A stretch of 64,000 bases of DNA from an uncultured bacterium (GTDB taxonomy: Bacteria > Auribacterota > Erginobacteria > Erginobacterales > Erginobacteraceae): NCBI GenBank assembly GCA_963822585.1, contig CAWGIE010000036.1, positions 224,001-288,000 of the forward strand, written 5' to 3'. The notes below the pieces were generated by a model that was given only the letters and a program-made list of their open reading frames with translations, ran no database searches and was not told the origin of the DNA. Below are positions 20,480 through 30,563 of the stretch, piece after piece. The translations under genes were made by a program, and so were the position numbers. Each line of letters opens with the position of its first letter. The stretch's first letter is position 1.

Positions 20480-20679
20480 TATACCCTGCTCGAAAAGTTA
20501 TTTAAAAATATCACCTGGAACAACGAAGTGATTCACCACGAAGGACACGAAGTACACGAAGGATAATTGAGGGAATACAAGATTTAGCTCCTTTTTTTAG
20601 AAATCTTCGTGATCTTCGTGTCCTTCATGGTTTTTATTATTTATGTTTTAATGGGATACATTTCATGAACAGGGCTTAA
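20480..20679. repeat. Inverted nonamer array (CACGAAGNA, 20535-20631) inside a MITE-like shell
   Basis: Three units per arm; outer ACCCTGCTCGAAAA / TTTCATGAACAGGGC imperfect inverted repeat. Confidence 0.7.
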
Positions 20680-22625
20680 TTGACTGGAATGTCTCCCGTC
20701 TGGCCGAAATATATCCTGGTCACCCCTCGCAGGGCCCATAATCCACTGGAGTCGCGGAAGATGCCGGTATCCGTCCGGCCATCCCCGGTATAATCGGCCG
20801 GGACCGGCGTATCGATCGAGGAGCCGAAGTATGTCCTGGTCACCCCCCGTATCGACCAGAGACCGGAGGACGCCCGGAAGATCGCGGGCACCAGGATGCC
20901 GGAACCCAGATAATCGGCCGGGACCGCCCTATCCCCGCTCCCCCCGAAATAAACCCGGGTGACCCCCCGGACCGCCCAGAGCCCACCTGCCCCCGTGGGG
21001 CGGAAAAGACCCGGTTCAAATCCGCCGTCACCGTTGTAATCCCCGGGGATCGGCCGGTCGCCGCTGGCGCCGAAATAAACCCGGGACATTCCCCGCATCG
21101 CCCAGAGACCGGAAGACTCCCTAAAGATCCCGACATCGAAGGTGCCGTCGCCGTCGTAATCACCCGGAACAGGGGAGTCCGAGACTGCGCCGAAGTAGAA
21201 CCGGTTAAAACCCCGCACCGCCCAGAGACCGGAAACGCTCCGGAAGATCCCGGGGTCGGATGTCCCGTCCCCGTTATAGTCGCCGGGAACGGGTATATCC
21301 CCCGGAGAGCCGAAGTAGAACCGGCTCATCCCCCGGATCGCCCATAACCCCGAACTTTCCCGAAAGACAGCGATCTCAGCTGATCCGTCGCCGTTAAAAT
21401 CGCTTACCGGGATGGGGGAATGGGGCGGGGACGAACCGTATTCGTCCGCTCCGATATCCGGCCGGCCGTCCGTAATGAGGGCACAGTCAATGTCCGTGAT
21501 ACGGTCGGCGGTGGCCGTTCCCGCGTTGACCGCCGGAATGGCGCCCGAGGACAGGTGAAGATCGCCGCTGCCGGAATCGACAAAATACGCGGCCCCGGCC
21601 CCGATGGCGTTCGTGACCCGGGCCGGGTTATTGGACTCGAAACGATCGGTATAGAACTCCTCATCGGCCAGGTTGTTCATCAGCAGACAGTTGGATGATG
21701 CCGCGTACTGGACCTCGATCGAATACGGCCAGTTCCCCGGCGAATAGATAGTGTTGTTGATTACCTTCGCGTTCGGTGACTTGGAAACGCAGATCCCGAA
21801 GTCGGAGTTTCCGTACCCCTTGATGACATTATTCCGGATGATGCCGCCGGTGTGGCTGGGCGCCTGATCGTAACTGTTCCCGAATGATATCCCCATGTCG
21901 CAGTCGATGAGACGGTTGCGCTCGATAATAGTATTGGAAGATCCCTTCCAGCAGAGTATGGCCGGCCCGGCCAGGATCCCTCCCGGACCCGCCTTGATGT
22001 TCCTGAAGGTGTTGTCCCGGATGACCCAGTTATGAGAATTCAAAATATCGATCCCGTTGGTGTAATCACCTTCGGCCAGGGTGGTGGTGTATTCAAACAA
22101 AGAGCACTCGATGATTCCGTCTTCTTTCCTCCCGGTATCGAGACCGCCGCTGGATTTGAAGAGCTGCTCTCCGCAGTCCACCACCCGGATGTTGTGAAAA
22201 AGAAAATCCGACGGCGACGTCGAGGGATCGATGAAGACCCCGTGGTAGCGGACGTCCCGGACCGTGAGATCGGCCAGGGTGATCCCGCCGGCGTTGATGT
22301 AAACCCCGAAATAGGTGTCCCCGGAAACCATCCCTTCACCCCGGATCACCGCCTCATCCCGGTTTCCGGAGGCGGAGCGTATGGTAATGTCCGGCCGGTC
22401 GATCACGATCCCGTAGCCGGTAATCGGGTAGATCCCGCTATTCAGGAAGATTGTCGTTTTCCCGCTCGCGGTCGAGACCGCGTTCTGGAGTGCGGAGGTG
22501 GTGCTCACGTAGACCACGGTTTCGCCGGCGGGCGGGGGAAGGTGACCGCAGTCGCAATCCGCTTTCAATCCGGAGGAGATAAGCGGCAGCATGACGAATA
22601 AAGTTAGCGTGGATATAACCTTCAT
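20676..22625 (-). CDS. Exported right-handed beta-helix protein with C-terminal FG-GAP-like repeats
   Basis: Signal peptide; I..N beta-helix repeats; DIGADE motif; ~37-aa GDYNGDG..IFR..SGLW repeats. Confidence 0.85.
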   Translation of the reverse strand: MKVISTLTLFVMLPLISSGLKADCDCGHLPPPAGETVVYVSTTSALQNAVSTASGKTTIFLNSGIYPITGYGIVIDRPDITIRSASGNRDEAVIRGEGMVSGDTYFGVYINAGGITLADLTVRDVRYHGVFIDPSTSPSDFLFHNIRVVDCGEQLFKSSGGLDTGRKEDGIIECSLFEYTTTLAEGDYTNGIDILNSHNWVIRDNTFRNIKAGPGGILAGPAILCWKGSSNTIIERNRLIDCDMGISFGNSYDQAPSHTGGIIRNNVIKGYGNSDFGICVSKSPNAKVINNTIYSPGNWPYSIEVQYAASSNCLLMNNLADEEFYTDRFESNNPARVTNAIGAGAAYFVDSGSGDLHLSSGAIPAVNAGTATADRITDIDCALITDGRPDIGADEYGSSPPHSPIPVSDFNGDGSAEIAVFRESSGLWAIRGMSRFYFGSPGDIPVPGDYNGDGTSDPGIFRSVSGLWAVRGFNRFYFGAVSDSPVPGDYDGDGTFDVGIFRESSGLWAMRGMSRVYFGASGDRPIPGDYNGDGGFEPGLFRPTGAGGLWAVRGVTRVYFGGSGDRAVPADYLGSGILVPAIFRASSGLWSIRGVTRTYFGSSIDTPVPADYTGDGRTDTGIFRDSSGLWALRGVTRIYFGQTGDIPVN

Positions 22626-22771
22626 CTATTGTTAATATACACTGGATTCCGGCATGCGGCCAGGGATGCGGATATTAGATATATAGTGTCGGGGCGAACC
22701 CCGGTGTTGGTCCGAATATTCAATGACCAACGCCCCATAACCACTTTCCAAATACAGATGGCTCGTATCCA

Positions 22772-23623
22772 ATGGAAATATTCTTAACAAACAATATCCT
22801 GCGGTTGAAAAAAAAAGGAGAGGCGGCGGTACTGGTCCGTCCCGCCTCGATTCGTTCGACCGCGCCGACGGAGGCGGGCGGGGGGATTCTGATCGGGGAA
22901 GCAGGCAGGATCCAGGGCTCTCTCGGCGGCGGTGAAGTCGAAGAACGGATTATCGGGCAAGCCCGGGAAGTTATCCGGGACGGGCGATCACGGCGACTGG
23001 AGATCGGTGTCAGCCCTCGGGAAGAGAAGGAGCGAGGTATGCGTCCGGGGGGGACGCTGAAATTTTATGCCGAGCCGGTCAGTGAGATTCCCACTCTCTG
23101 CATCTTCGGCGCCGGCGCGCTGGGCGCCGTCCTGGCCCGGATGGGGAGCCTGGCCGGATTCCTGGTCATCGCGGTCGACGTCGATCCGGTCTTCGCCTCC
23201 CCGGAGAGGTTCCCGGATGCGGCGATCATCCTGACCGACCAGTACCGGGATCTGGCCGGACGGCTCCCGGCCGATCTTTCCTGGTACCTGGTGATCGCGA
23301 CCAGAAACCACCATCGTGACAAACGGGTCCTCAAGCAAGCCGTCGAGATGAACGCGGCCTATGTGGGAATTCTTTTCAGCCGCAAGAAAAAGGACGCCTT
23401 TTTCGCCCAGCTGGAAAAAGAAGGGATTTCCCGGGAACTCCTGGACCGCGTCCACCTGCCCGCGGGCCTCCCGATCGGCGCCGCGACCATACAAGAAATG
23501 GCGGTCAGTATCCTGGCTGAGATAATAGAGGTGAGGCACACCCGGACATGCGGCCGGGAAAATAATAAATTCCAAACACCTCAGCCAAAGGCTGATCAGC
23601 CTCCGGCTGAAAATAACAAATAA
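22772..23623 (+). CDS. XdhC/CoxI-family protein
   Basis: GSLGGG.VE, IFGAG, VIATR.H, YVG, PAGLPIGA.T..E.AVSI.AEI. Confidence 0.85.
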   Translation: MEIFLTNNILRLKKKGEAAVLVRPASIRSTAPTEAGGGILIGEAGRIQGSLGGGEVEERIIGQAREVIRDGRSRRLEIGVSPREEKERGMRPGGTLKFYAEPVSEIPTLCIFGAGALGAVLARMGSLAGFLVIAVDVDPVFASPERFPDAAIILTDQYRDLAGRLPADLSWYLVIATRNHHRDKRVLKQAVEMNAAYVGILFSRKKKDAFFAQLEKEGISRELLDRVHLPAGLPIGAATIQEMAVSILAEIIEVRHTRTCGRENNKFQTPQPKADQPPAENNK

Positions 23624-23778
23624 ATTTCAAAGCCCAATATCCAAACTGGCTGGTTCGCGGCCGGCAAAGCTGTTGCCACGGACGCGCAAGTTAATAAACC
23701 TCCGGATAAAAAGGTTTGGGATTTTGGATTTCGGTCATTGGAATTTGTTTATTATTTGTGATTTGTAATTTGGGATTT
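23559..23778. repeat. Inverted heptamer-array element with double hairpin
   Basis: AAAT(A/T/C)NC units, inverted right arm, TCAGCC-NNN-GGCTGA x2. Confidence 0.8.
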
Positions 23779-23854
23779 TGTTGATACCTTGATGTCGCAT
23801 TCAGCCATTGAGCATGTTCTATCGGAAAACGCTAACTTCAATTGGAGTCACATC

Positions 23855-24958
23855 ATGCTTGCCAAACGCACCAAAAAGATCGACTCGTCGGGGATCCGCA
23901 AGATCTTCGACCTCGGCCAGTCGATTAAAAGCCCCATCAATCTGAGTATCGGCCAGCCCCATTTCGATGTCCCGGAAGAAGTCCAGGAAGCGGCGATCCG
24001 GGCGATCCGTTCCGGAAGAAACGCCTACACCCTGACCCAGGGCCTTCCTGCTCTCAACGAAAAGATCATGTCCGCCCTGACTGAACAGGTCGGGCGACCC
24101 TTTGATGCTTCCATCGTCACCTGCGGGGTTTCGGGGGGACTGGTACTGGCCTTCATGGCGCTGGTGGACACGGGGGACGAGGTCCTCTGTCCGGACCCCT
24201 ATTTCGTCATGTACAAACACCTGATCAACCTCTTCGGGGGAAAACCGGTCTTCTACGACACCTATCCCGACTTCCTCCTGCGCGGTGAAAAGATCGAAAA
24301 ACTGATCACCCCCCGCACCAAGATCATCATCGTCAGTTCCCCGGCCAACCCCACCGGGGCGGTACATTCGGAGGAAGAATTAAAGGAAATCGGCCGCATC
24401 GCCGAGAAGCACGGCATCTTGATCATCACCGACGAAATCTACGCCCTCTTCAGTTATGACGGGCCTCATCTCTCGATGGCTTCCTACGCGGAGAACTGCC
24501 TGCTGCTGGGGGGATATTCCAAGTCTCATTCGCTGACCGGGTGGCGGCTCGGCTACGCCCTCGGGCCGGCCGCACTGATCGGCGAGATGACCAAGCTCCA
24601 GCAGTACACCTTCGTCTGCGCCCCTTCCTTTGCCCAGGAAGCCGCGCTGGCGGCGATGGACATCGACACGTCCCCCCGGCGCGATGATTACCGGCGGAAA
24701 CGGGACCTCATTTATGAAGGGTTGCAAGATCTCGGCTACCGGGTGGAGAAACCGGGCGGGGCGTTTTACATTTTCCCCGAGTGCCCGTGGGGGACCGATC
24801 AGGAATTCGTTTCCGAGGCGATCATGAACAAGCTTCTCGTCATCCCCGGATCGGTCTTCTCGGAGCGGAATACCCACTTCCGCATCTCCTACGCCGCCGA
24901 GGACGAGACGATCAAACGCGGGCTGGAGGTGCTGGGAAAGCTGTTGGAGCGGGGCTAG
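23855..24958 (+). CDS. PLP-dependent aminotransferase class I/II
   Basis: LSIGQP, PANPTG, DEIY, GYSKS..TGWRLG. Confidence 0.93.
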   Translation: MLAKRTKKIDSSGIRKIFDLGQSIKSPINLSIGQPHFDVPEEVQEAAIRAIRSGRNAYTLTQGLPALNEKIMSALTEQVGRPFDASIVTCGVSGGLVLAFMALVDTGDEVLCPDPYFVMYKHLINLFGGKPVFYDTYPDFLLRGEKIEKLITPRTKIIIVSSPANPTGAVHSEEELKEIGRIAEKHGILIITDEIYALFSYDGPHLSMASYAENCLLLGGYSKSHSLTGWRLGYALGPAALIGEMTKLQQYTFVCAPSFAQEAALAAMDIDTSPRRDDYRRKRDLIYEGLQDLGYRVEKPGGAFYIFPECPWGTDQEFVSEAIMNKLLVIPGSVFSERNTHFRISYAAEDETIKRGLEVLGKLLERG

Positions 24959-25284
24959 TCAGCGAACAGTTCCTGCAGTACCGCGAGGACATTACACCGG
25001 GTCAGCGACGAAATACTTCCGAGTCTGCGAATCAGTCGCCCCTTATCCACCGTTCGGATCTGGTCGAGCACAATCTGTCCGCTTTTACCTTTAAAAGTGC
25101 ATGGCACTCGAGTCGGATAATCTCTCCCCTTGGTCGTCAGGGGAGCCACGATGACGGTTCTGATATTTCGGTTCATCTCATCAGGGGAGATCACCAAGCA
25201 GGGACGTGTCTTCCTGATCTCGCTTCCACGGGTCGGATCAAGTGATATGAGAAAGACATCGAATCTATCGACTACCATTCCCAT
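24955..25284 (-). CDS. mazF: PemK/MazF-family toxin (type II TA)
   Basis: LDPTRGSEIRKTRPCLVISP, DQIRTVDK.RL; overlaps the antitoxin stop. Confidence 0.93.
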   Translation of the reverse strand: MGMVVDRFDVFLISLDPTRGSEIRKTRPCLVISPDEMNRNIRTVIVAPLTTKGRDYPTRVPCTFKGKSGQIVLDQIRTVDKGRLIRRLGSISSLTRCNVLAVLQELFAD

Positions 25285-25526
25285 TCTTCTTGATCCCACG
25301 GCTGCCTGGTTTCCGCCACCTGATCGAGGAGCCGGTCATCATCGTTTGCTGCCATTCCGGCGAAGGCTTCATCCCAGCCCTGGCGGGGACCATGAGCGGA
25401 ACGAATCACAAGCTCATGATTGTGGACTTCCATTTCCACCTCATCCTGAAATCCGCACTGCTTCAGCACCGGCTTGGGCAGACGAATGCCCTTGCTGTTT
25501 CCGATTCTGATGATGGCCGCTTTCAT
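25272..25526 (-). CDS. mazE: AbrB/MazE-family antitoxin
   Basis: IGNSKGIRLPK; acidic C-terminus ending EWEW; upstream of the toxin. Confidence 0.92.
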   Translation of the reverse strand: MKAAIIRIGNSKGIRLPKPVLKQCGFQDEVEMEVHNHELVIRSAHGPRQGWDEAFAGMAANDDDRLLDQVAETRQPWDQEEWEW

Positions 25527-25561
25527 GATTACAATGTAATTACTGTGCTCTTTGCCGTCAA
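25527..25561 (-). promoter_or_regulatory. sigma70 promoter and operator of mazEF
   Basis: TTGACG-N17-TACATT, 6 nt before the ATG; overlapping palindrome ATTACAaTGTAAT (25528-25540). Confidence 0.7.
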
Positions 25562-25632
25562 GAAGATTCTATCCGGCTCCTCGCAATGACCTTCATTTTG
25601 CGAAATACAGTTTCTTCGGGATAGTTTTACAT

Positions 25633-26913
25633 TCAGGTTTTTGTCCGGTATTCCGCGGGCACCGGGTCGGATCCTTCCCAGACAACCTGCCGGAAGTGAA
25701 ACGGATCAGTGTTTCCCTCGGTATTGATCAGGAGGACCTGAGAGTCCGGGCCCAGCTGCAGTTGGTTTTTTAACTCCCGGCAGCACGGCTGCTGCATGAT
25801 GAACATCAGGGCCCCCAGGGTGACCGCGCCCGACTCGCCGGAGACGATGAACGGGTCCCCTTCCAGGGGCACCCCGTAGACCCGCATCCCCTTGGCCGCC
25901 ACGTAGTCCGGGCAGGTGATGAAAAAATCGGCGCAGTCCCGGAGGATCTCCCAGGCGATCGGGTTCGGATCACCGCAGGCCAATCCGGCCATGATCGTGT
26001 CCAGGCCGCCCCGGAAGGAATGGGGCTTCCCGTCCCCGATCCGGGCGGATTCGAAGATACAGGCCGCCGCCTCCGGCTCGACCACGATCGAACGGGGAGA
26101 TTCGGTCCCGAACAATCCCCCATAGAAACCGATCGTCGAGGCCGCCAACGAGCCGACACCCGCCTGCACGAATAGATGAGACGGCTTGATAAAACCCTGG
26201 GCGGAAAGCTGCTCCTGAATCTCCGCGAACATGGTGGTGTACCCCTGCATCACCCAGATCGGGATCTCCTCGTAGCCTTCCCAGGAGGTGTCCTCGATAA
26301 CCTGCCAGCCGAATTTTTCCGCGTCTGATTTTATCTGCCTGACGGCATCGTCATAGGTCCCCTTGATGATCTTCACCGTGGCCCCGTAGCCCTCGATCGC
26401 CCTGATCCGGGCCGGAGAGGTGTCCTCGTGAACGTAGATAACCGCCGGACGCCCGAGCCGGGCGGCGGCCCAGGCGACCCCTCGGCCGTGATTACCGTCG
26501 GTAGCGGCGGCGAAGGTGAGATCGCCCAGCTCTCGGGCGACTTCGGGTGTGGTCAGAGCGGAAAAAGGGACTTCCCTGTCTTCTATACCGAGACGGCGTT
26601 TGAGGTACGTGTAAATGGCGAAGGAGCCGCCCAGGACCTTGAATGAATTGAGCGTCAGCCGCTGAGATTCATCCTTGACCCAGATATTGCCCAGCCCGAG
26701 TAGAGTCGAGAGATTGTCCAGCCCTTTCAGAGGACTCATCCGGTAACCCAGGATCTGGCGGTGGAATTCCCGTGCCCGCTGTGCGATCCCGGGCGGTATC
26801 ACCTTGCACACCTTCTCCGGGGAGCACGCCGTCCAGGCACGGGGATTCCTCATCCATCTGATCGGTTCTCTATTTTTCATTTTCTTACTCAGCTCCGCGG
26901 TCTGCCCCGTCAC
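25633..26913 (-). CDS. dpaL: Diaminopropionate ammonia-lyase
   Basis: KDESQR..LNSFKVLGGS, ATDGNHGRG, QAGVGS, TIMAGLACG, SGESGA, NTEGNTDP; start may be 26880. Confidence 0.9.
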   Translation of the reverse strand: MTGQTAELSKKMKNREPIRWMRNPRAWTACSPEKVCKVIPPGIAQRAREFHRQILGYRMSPLKGLDNLSTLLGLGNIWVKDESQRLTLNSFKVLGGSFAIYTYLKRRLGIEDREVPFSALTTPEVARELGDLTFAAATDGNHGRGVAWAAARLGRPAVIYVHEDTSPARIRAIEGYGATVKIIKGTYDDAVRQIKSDAEKFGWQVIEDTSWEGYEEIPIWVMQGYTTMFAEIQEQLSAQGFIKPSHLFVQAGVGSLAASTIGFYGGLFGTESPRSIVVEPEAAACIFESARIGDGKPHSFRGGLDTIMAGLACGDPNPIAWEILRDCADFFITCPDYVAAKGMRVYGVPLEGDPFIVSGESGAVTLGALMFIMQQPCCRELKNQLQLGPDSQVLLINTEGNTDPFHFRQVVWEGSDPVPAEYRTKT

Positions 26914-27099
26914 CGCCCCGAAGCCTTAATCGGGGCTCCGGCCCGAAGTTTCAATCGGGATACAATCGGGGGCGCTGCTTATTACTGACCCCGATTGTAT
27001 CCATCGGGGCAGAAATAATACATTTGCTTCGTCACAAAATCAACTGTACAATATTCCATTGCTTAGGGTTTTTCCGTTCCAATTTCAGGGAGAAAAATC

Positions 27100-27477
27100 A
27101 TGACGCATATGGATACCGAGACACTACAACAGGAACTGGAGCAGTTCCGCAAGGAGAAAGAAAAGATCCGCCAGCTGGTGGGGATGATCGGGGGGAAGAA
27201 CCTCGCCCAGCGGGATCGGATCATCAATATCGCCTTCATCGTCCTGATCTCCGTCGTCTTCCTGCTCGACATTATCAGGCACCTGGCGGCCGTCCCCATT
27301 CCCCTCCCCCCCCTGCTCCTGGTCGATCTGGGGGTGCTTCTGATCTCCATTAAAATAATCTGGATGATTCACAAGCAGAGCAAGGTAGAGCATTTCCAAT
27401 TTTGGATCCTATCGGCGATGGAGTGGAGGCTGAACGAGATCATTAAGGAAATCAAGGAACTGCATAAAAAACAGTGA
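27100..27477 (+). CDS. Small membrane protein with two TM helices
   Basis: GGGAG SD; charged N-terminal helix, two hydrophobic segments, HFQFWIL motif. Confidence 0.75.
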   Translation: MTHMDTETLQQELEQFRKEKEKIRQLVGMIGGKNLAQRDRIINIAFIVLISVVFLLDIIRHLAAVPIPLPPLLLVDLGVLLISIKIIWMIHKQSKVEHFQFWILSAMEWRLNEIIKEIKELHKKQ

Positions 27478-27544
27478 GGGATGCCAAAATCCGTATGGCT
27501 GGTAGTGCCTGCAAATATCCTACAGTCAGCTCGTGTAGCCAAAA

Positions 27545-27642
27545 GGAGTGATGGAGTATTGGAGTGATGGAGTGCTGGCGACTCGATGCCCGGGAGAGAG
27601 CCGGGTTTCCATTACTCCACCATTCCATCACTCCAGTACTCC
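27545..27642. repeat. Inverted octamer-array element (GGAGTGAT family)
   Basis: Four units per arm. Confidence 0.8.
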
Positions 27643-27678
27643 CTGCCTCTCCCTGTTTTATTACACCTTATCCCTGAA

Positions 27679-28524
27679 TCATTGCCGATACTTTTCCGGT
27701 AGAGCTAAGTACCTCCTTCCTTCCTCCTCCCTCCCCCGCTTGAGGCAGCCTTCCCCGTAGATCCGGCATTTGATGTGAAGCTCGGAGACCGCTAGAGCCC
27801 TCTGTGCTCCCGAGAGGTCCTCGCGCTGAAGGAGATTGACGATCGAACGGATCCGGAAACGGTCCATCCCCACCCGGTAGATGACCGAGACCTGATCGGC
27901 CCTCCCCCCTTCCTTGAATGTCAGGGGATTGTCAACCAAAAGGAAGGGGTGCCGGACCGACGCCCGGAGCCAGAAATCGTAATCCTCGCAGCAGGGAAGA
28001 GTTTCGTCAAAGAAACCGATCCGATCGAACAGCTTCCTCCGGGCGATCACGGTGGACATGCTTACCATGCACATTTTTAGAGAGCGGGCAAATATGTCCC
28101 CGTGCAGCTTTTCGTGTTTTTTCTTCTGAGGGAAAACAGACCCCTGTTTATACCAGACCTCCCTGGTGTGGGAGATCAGATAACCGGGTTCGCGGTCCAT
28201 CGCCGCGACCTGACGTGACAGTTTATCTTTGTGCCAACGATCATCGGAATCAAGAAACGCGATCAGATCCGCGCGGCCGGACCGGATCCCCCGATTTCGG
28301 GCGGCGGAAGGTCCCCGGTTTTCCTGGCGGATACAGGTGATGGAGGAAGCGAATTCCCTTAACAGAGCGCCGGTATCATCCGTGGAGCCGTCATCGATCA
28401 CGATCAGTCTGAAGTCACGGAATGTCTGGGAGAGAACGGATTCAATGGCCATCCGGAGAAAGCCACCCCGGTTGTAGACGGGAATAATAACATCTATCTT
28501 GTTATTGGCGTCCACGATGTTCAA
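27679..28524 (-). CDS. Glycosyltransferase family 2
   Basis: VIIPVYN, DDGSTD, ARN.G, FLDSDD, EDYDFWLR. Confidence 0.92.
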   Translation of the reverse strand: MNIVDANNKIDVIIPVYNRGGFLRMAIESVLSQTFRDFRLIVIDDGSTDDTGALLREFASSITCIRQENRGPSAARNRGIRSGRADLIAFLDSDDRWHKDKLSRQVAAMDREPGYLISHTREVWYKQGSVFPQKKKHEKLHGDIFARSLKMCMVSMSTVIARRKLFDRIGFFDETLPCCEDYDFWLRASVRHPFLLVDNPLTFKEGGRADQVSVIYRVGMDRFRIRSIVNLLQREDLSGAQRALAVSELHIKCRIYGEGCLKRGREEEGRRYLALPEKYRQ

Positions 28525-28749
28525 TAGATTGAATTTTACAGATAATCATGTTATCTATATTATAAATTACCTTCCATTTTCAAAACAAGTTTTACCCCTT
28601 TTGGCAGCCGCACTCTTTAGGGTGCGCAATAAACCGCTTCGCTTGATCGTAGATTTTTTATCTTCGCGGAGATGAGCGGGATTCGCGGTTCAAAGTTGCT
28701 TTGCTGGTTCAATGTAAGGGCATCGTATCGTTCCAGGGAGGACACCGGA

Positions 28750-30213
28750 TTGAAAAGGAAGCCGATCATTCTCAGCATCGATGACGACCGGGAAGGGCTT
28801 GATCTCCTGATGACCCTGCTCCCGCCGGAAGAGTATGAACATGCGGGTGCCGAAAACGGCCGGGACGGCATTGAGAAAGCCCGGGCACTGAAACCAGACC
28901 TGATCCTGCTCGACGTCCGGCTCCCGGATATCGACGGTTTTGAAGTTTGCCGACGGCTCCGGGGCGAGACGGGGCTGGCTGAAATTCCTATTATAATGAT
29001 CACGGCGCTCGGCGAACACGAGGCGCGGTTGCGGGGGATTGAGTCCGGGGCGGACGACTTCATTACTAAGCCGTTTGATCGGACGGAATTGATAGCCCGG
29101 ATCCGCACCATCACCCGGCTCCATCGGTATCGAACCCTTCTGGCCGAACGGGAACGATTCCAGTGGGTGATGGACCAATCCGAAGATGGTTTCCTGATCC
29201 TGAATGAAAACGACGAGATACTCCGTGCCAACCCTCAGGCGCGGCTGTTCCTCAGTTTACCCCCCACCGCCGCCTTCCCCGGGAAGACCTTGTTTCTGGA
29301 GGCGGTAAAAAGAGAATATCGTTTTGAACCCGCGGCCGCCTGGAAGGGCTGGCCTCATTCAGCCGGTGACCCGATCCCCGGGCGATATCTGATCCGTCCC
29401 CAGACGGCCGTATCCCGGGCCTTCTGGCTGGAGGTGATAACACTGAGACAGTTGACCGGCGAAACAAGCAACCTGATCATCAGGCTTCGGGACGTCACCG
29501 AGCAGAAAAAAAGCCTGGGCCGGATTCGCTCCTTTGAAGCGTCAATCTCGCAGAAGTTCCGGAACCGGCTGCTGGGGACGGTCAGCCTCATCAAGACCCT
29601 GGCCAGAAAAGATATTGCACTCGATCAAACGGAATTCAGGGAATTGTTCGCCGATATCGTGGAAAACGCTAAAATCCTGGAAAGCGACCTGACCGGCATC
29701 CTGCGATATCTGGAATCCCCCGGATTGCTTTATTCCGACGCCGGGTTTTCCTTTCGGGAGCTGAAGCCGGTCCTGGAGCAGATCAGCGAGGGGCTGGGGA
29801 TCAGCGTCCCGGAGATATCGGGGGGCGCGGATCTGGAGGAAATTCAGACCACGATCTCGGATTTGGCGATGGAATCCATCCTGGGAGAACTCCTGCAGAA
29901 CGCGAAAAAATTTCATCCGGCAAAACTCCCGGAAATTTCAATTGCCCTCGACCGGCCCAAGAAAGATCTCGTCAGAATGAAGATCATGGATAACGGGCTC
30001 ACCCTCTCCCCGGAACAACTCAGCCGGGTCTGGCTCCCTTACTATCAGGGGGACGATTTTCTTTCCGGTGGTATCGAGGGGATGGGATTGGGGCTCCCCA
30101 TGATCGCGTCTTTCATCTGGCACTGGGGGGGTAGCTGCCGGCTTTATAATCACGATGACGGGCCCGGGGTGGTGGTAGAACTCCTCCTGCCCGTGAATAA
30201 TAAAGGTTCTTAG
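28750..30213 (+). CDS. REC-PAS-kinase-like protein with degenerate H-box
   Basis: SD GGGAGGA plus TTG start; intact REC; PAS-like segment; HATPase N/G boxes; SQKFRNRL in place of SHExRTPL. Confidence 0.85.
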   Translation: MKRKPIILSIDDDREGLDLLMTLLPPEEYEHAGAENGRDGIEKARALKPDLILLDVRLPDIDGFEVCRRLRGETGLAEIPIIMITALGEHEARLRGIESGADDFITKPFDRTELIARIRTITRLHRYRTLLAERERFQWVMDQSEDGFLILNENDEILRANPQARLFLSLPPTAAFPGKTLFLEAVKREYRFEPAAAWKGWPHSAGDPIPGRYLIRPQTAVSRAFWLEVITLRQLTGETSNLIIRLRDVTEQKKSLGRIRSFEASISQKFRNRLLGTVSLIKTLARKDIALDQTEFRELFADIVENAKILESDLTGILRYLESPGLLYSDAGFSFRELKPVLEQISEGLGISVPEISGGADLEEIQTTISDLAMESILGELLQNAKKFHPAKLPEISIALDRPKKDLVRMKIMDNGLTLSPEQLSRVWLPYYQGDDFLSGGIEGMGLGLPMIASFIWHWGGSCRLYNHDDGPGVVVELLLPVNNKGS

Positions 30214-30267
30214 TCATATTGTGTGGGTAAAAGTTACTTATGGGCATTACCTCTATCCAATATGACT

Positions 30268-30520
30268 AAATCACAAATTCCAAATCACAAATAACAAATA
30301 AATCACAAATTCCAAATCACAAATCACAAATCCGCCGGGCGAAGTCCGGGATCGCAAAAGCATCCCACCAAATGACATAGGCTTTGCAATAGGATTGAGA
30401 GTAACTCCCTCTATTTTGGTGATTTGTTTGGAATTTTGGTCATTGTTATTTGGAGTTTGTTTGTTATTTTCAGCCGGAGGCTGATCAGCCTTTGGCTGAG
30501 GTGCTTGGGATTTGGGATTT
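30268..30520. repeat. Inverted heptamer-array element with double hairpin
   Basis: AAATCAC/AAATTCC units; 44-bp exact inverse copy of 23577-23620. Confidence 0.85.
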
Positions 30521-30563
30521 CTTGTTAGTATTAATTCGTATAATCCATGGATTCAATTCACAG

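Noticed and set aside
20690..21400. Periodic ~110-bp DNA repeats (also 32660-33375) as a CRISPR or DGR template
   Set aside because: Explained by in-frame protein repeats; no reverse transcriptase gene and no adenine-specific variation noticed
22686..22715. GTCGGGGCGAACCCCG.. REP-like remnant
   Set aside because: Single degenerate copy with weak pairing
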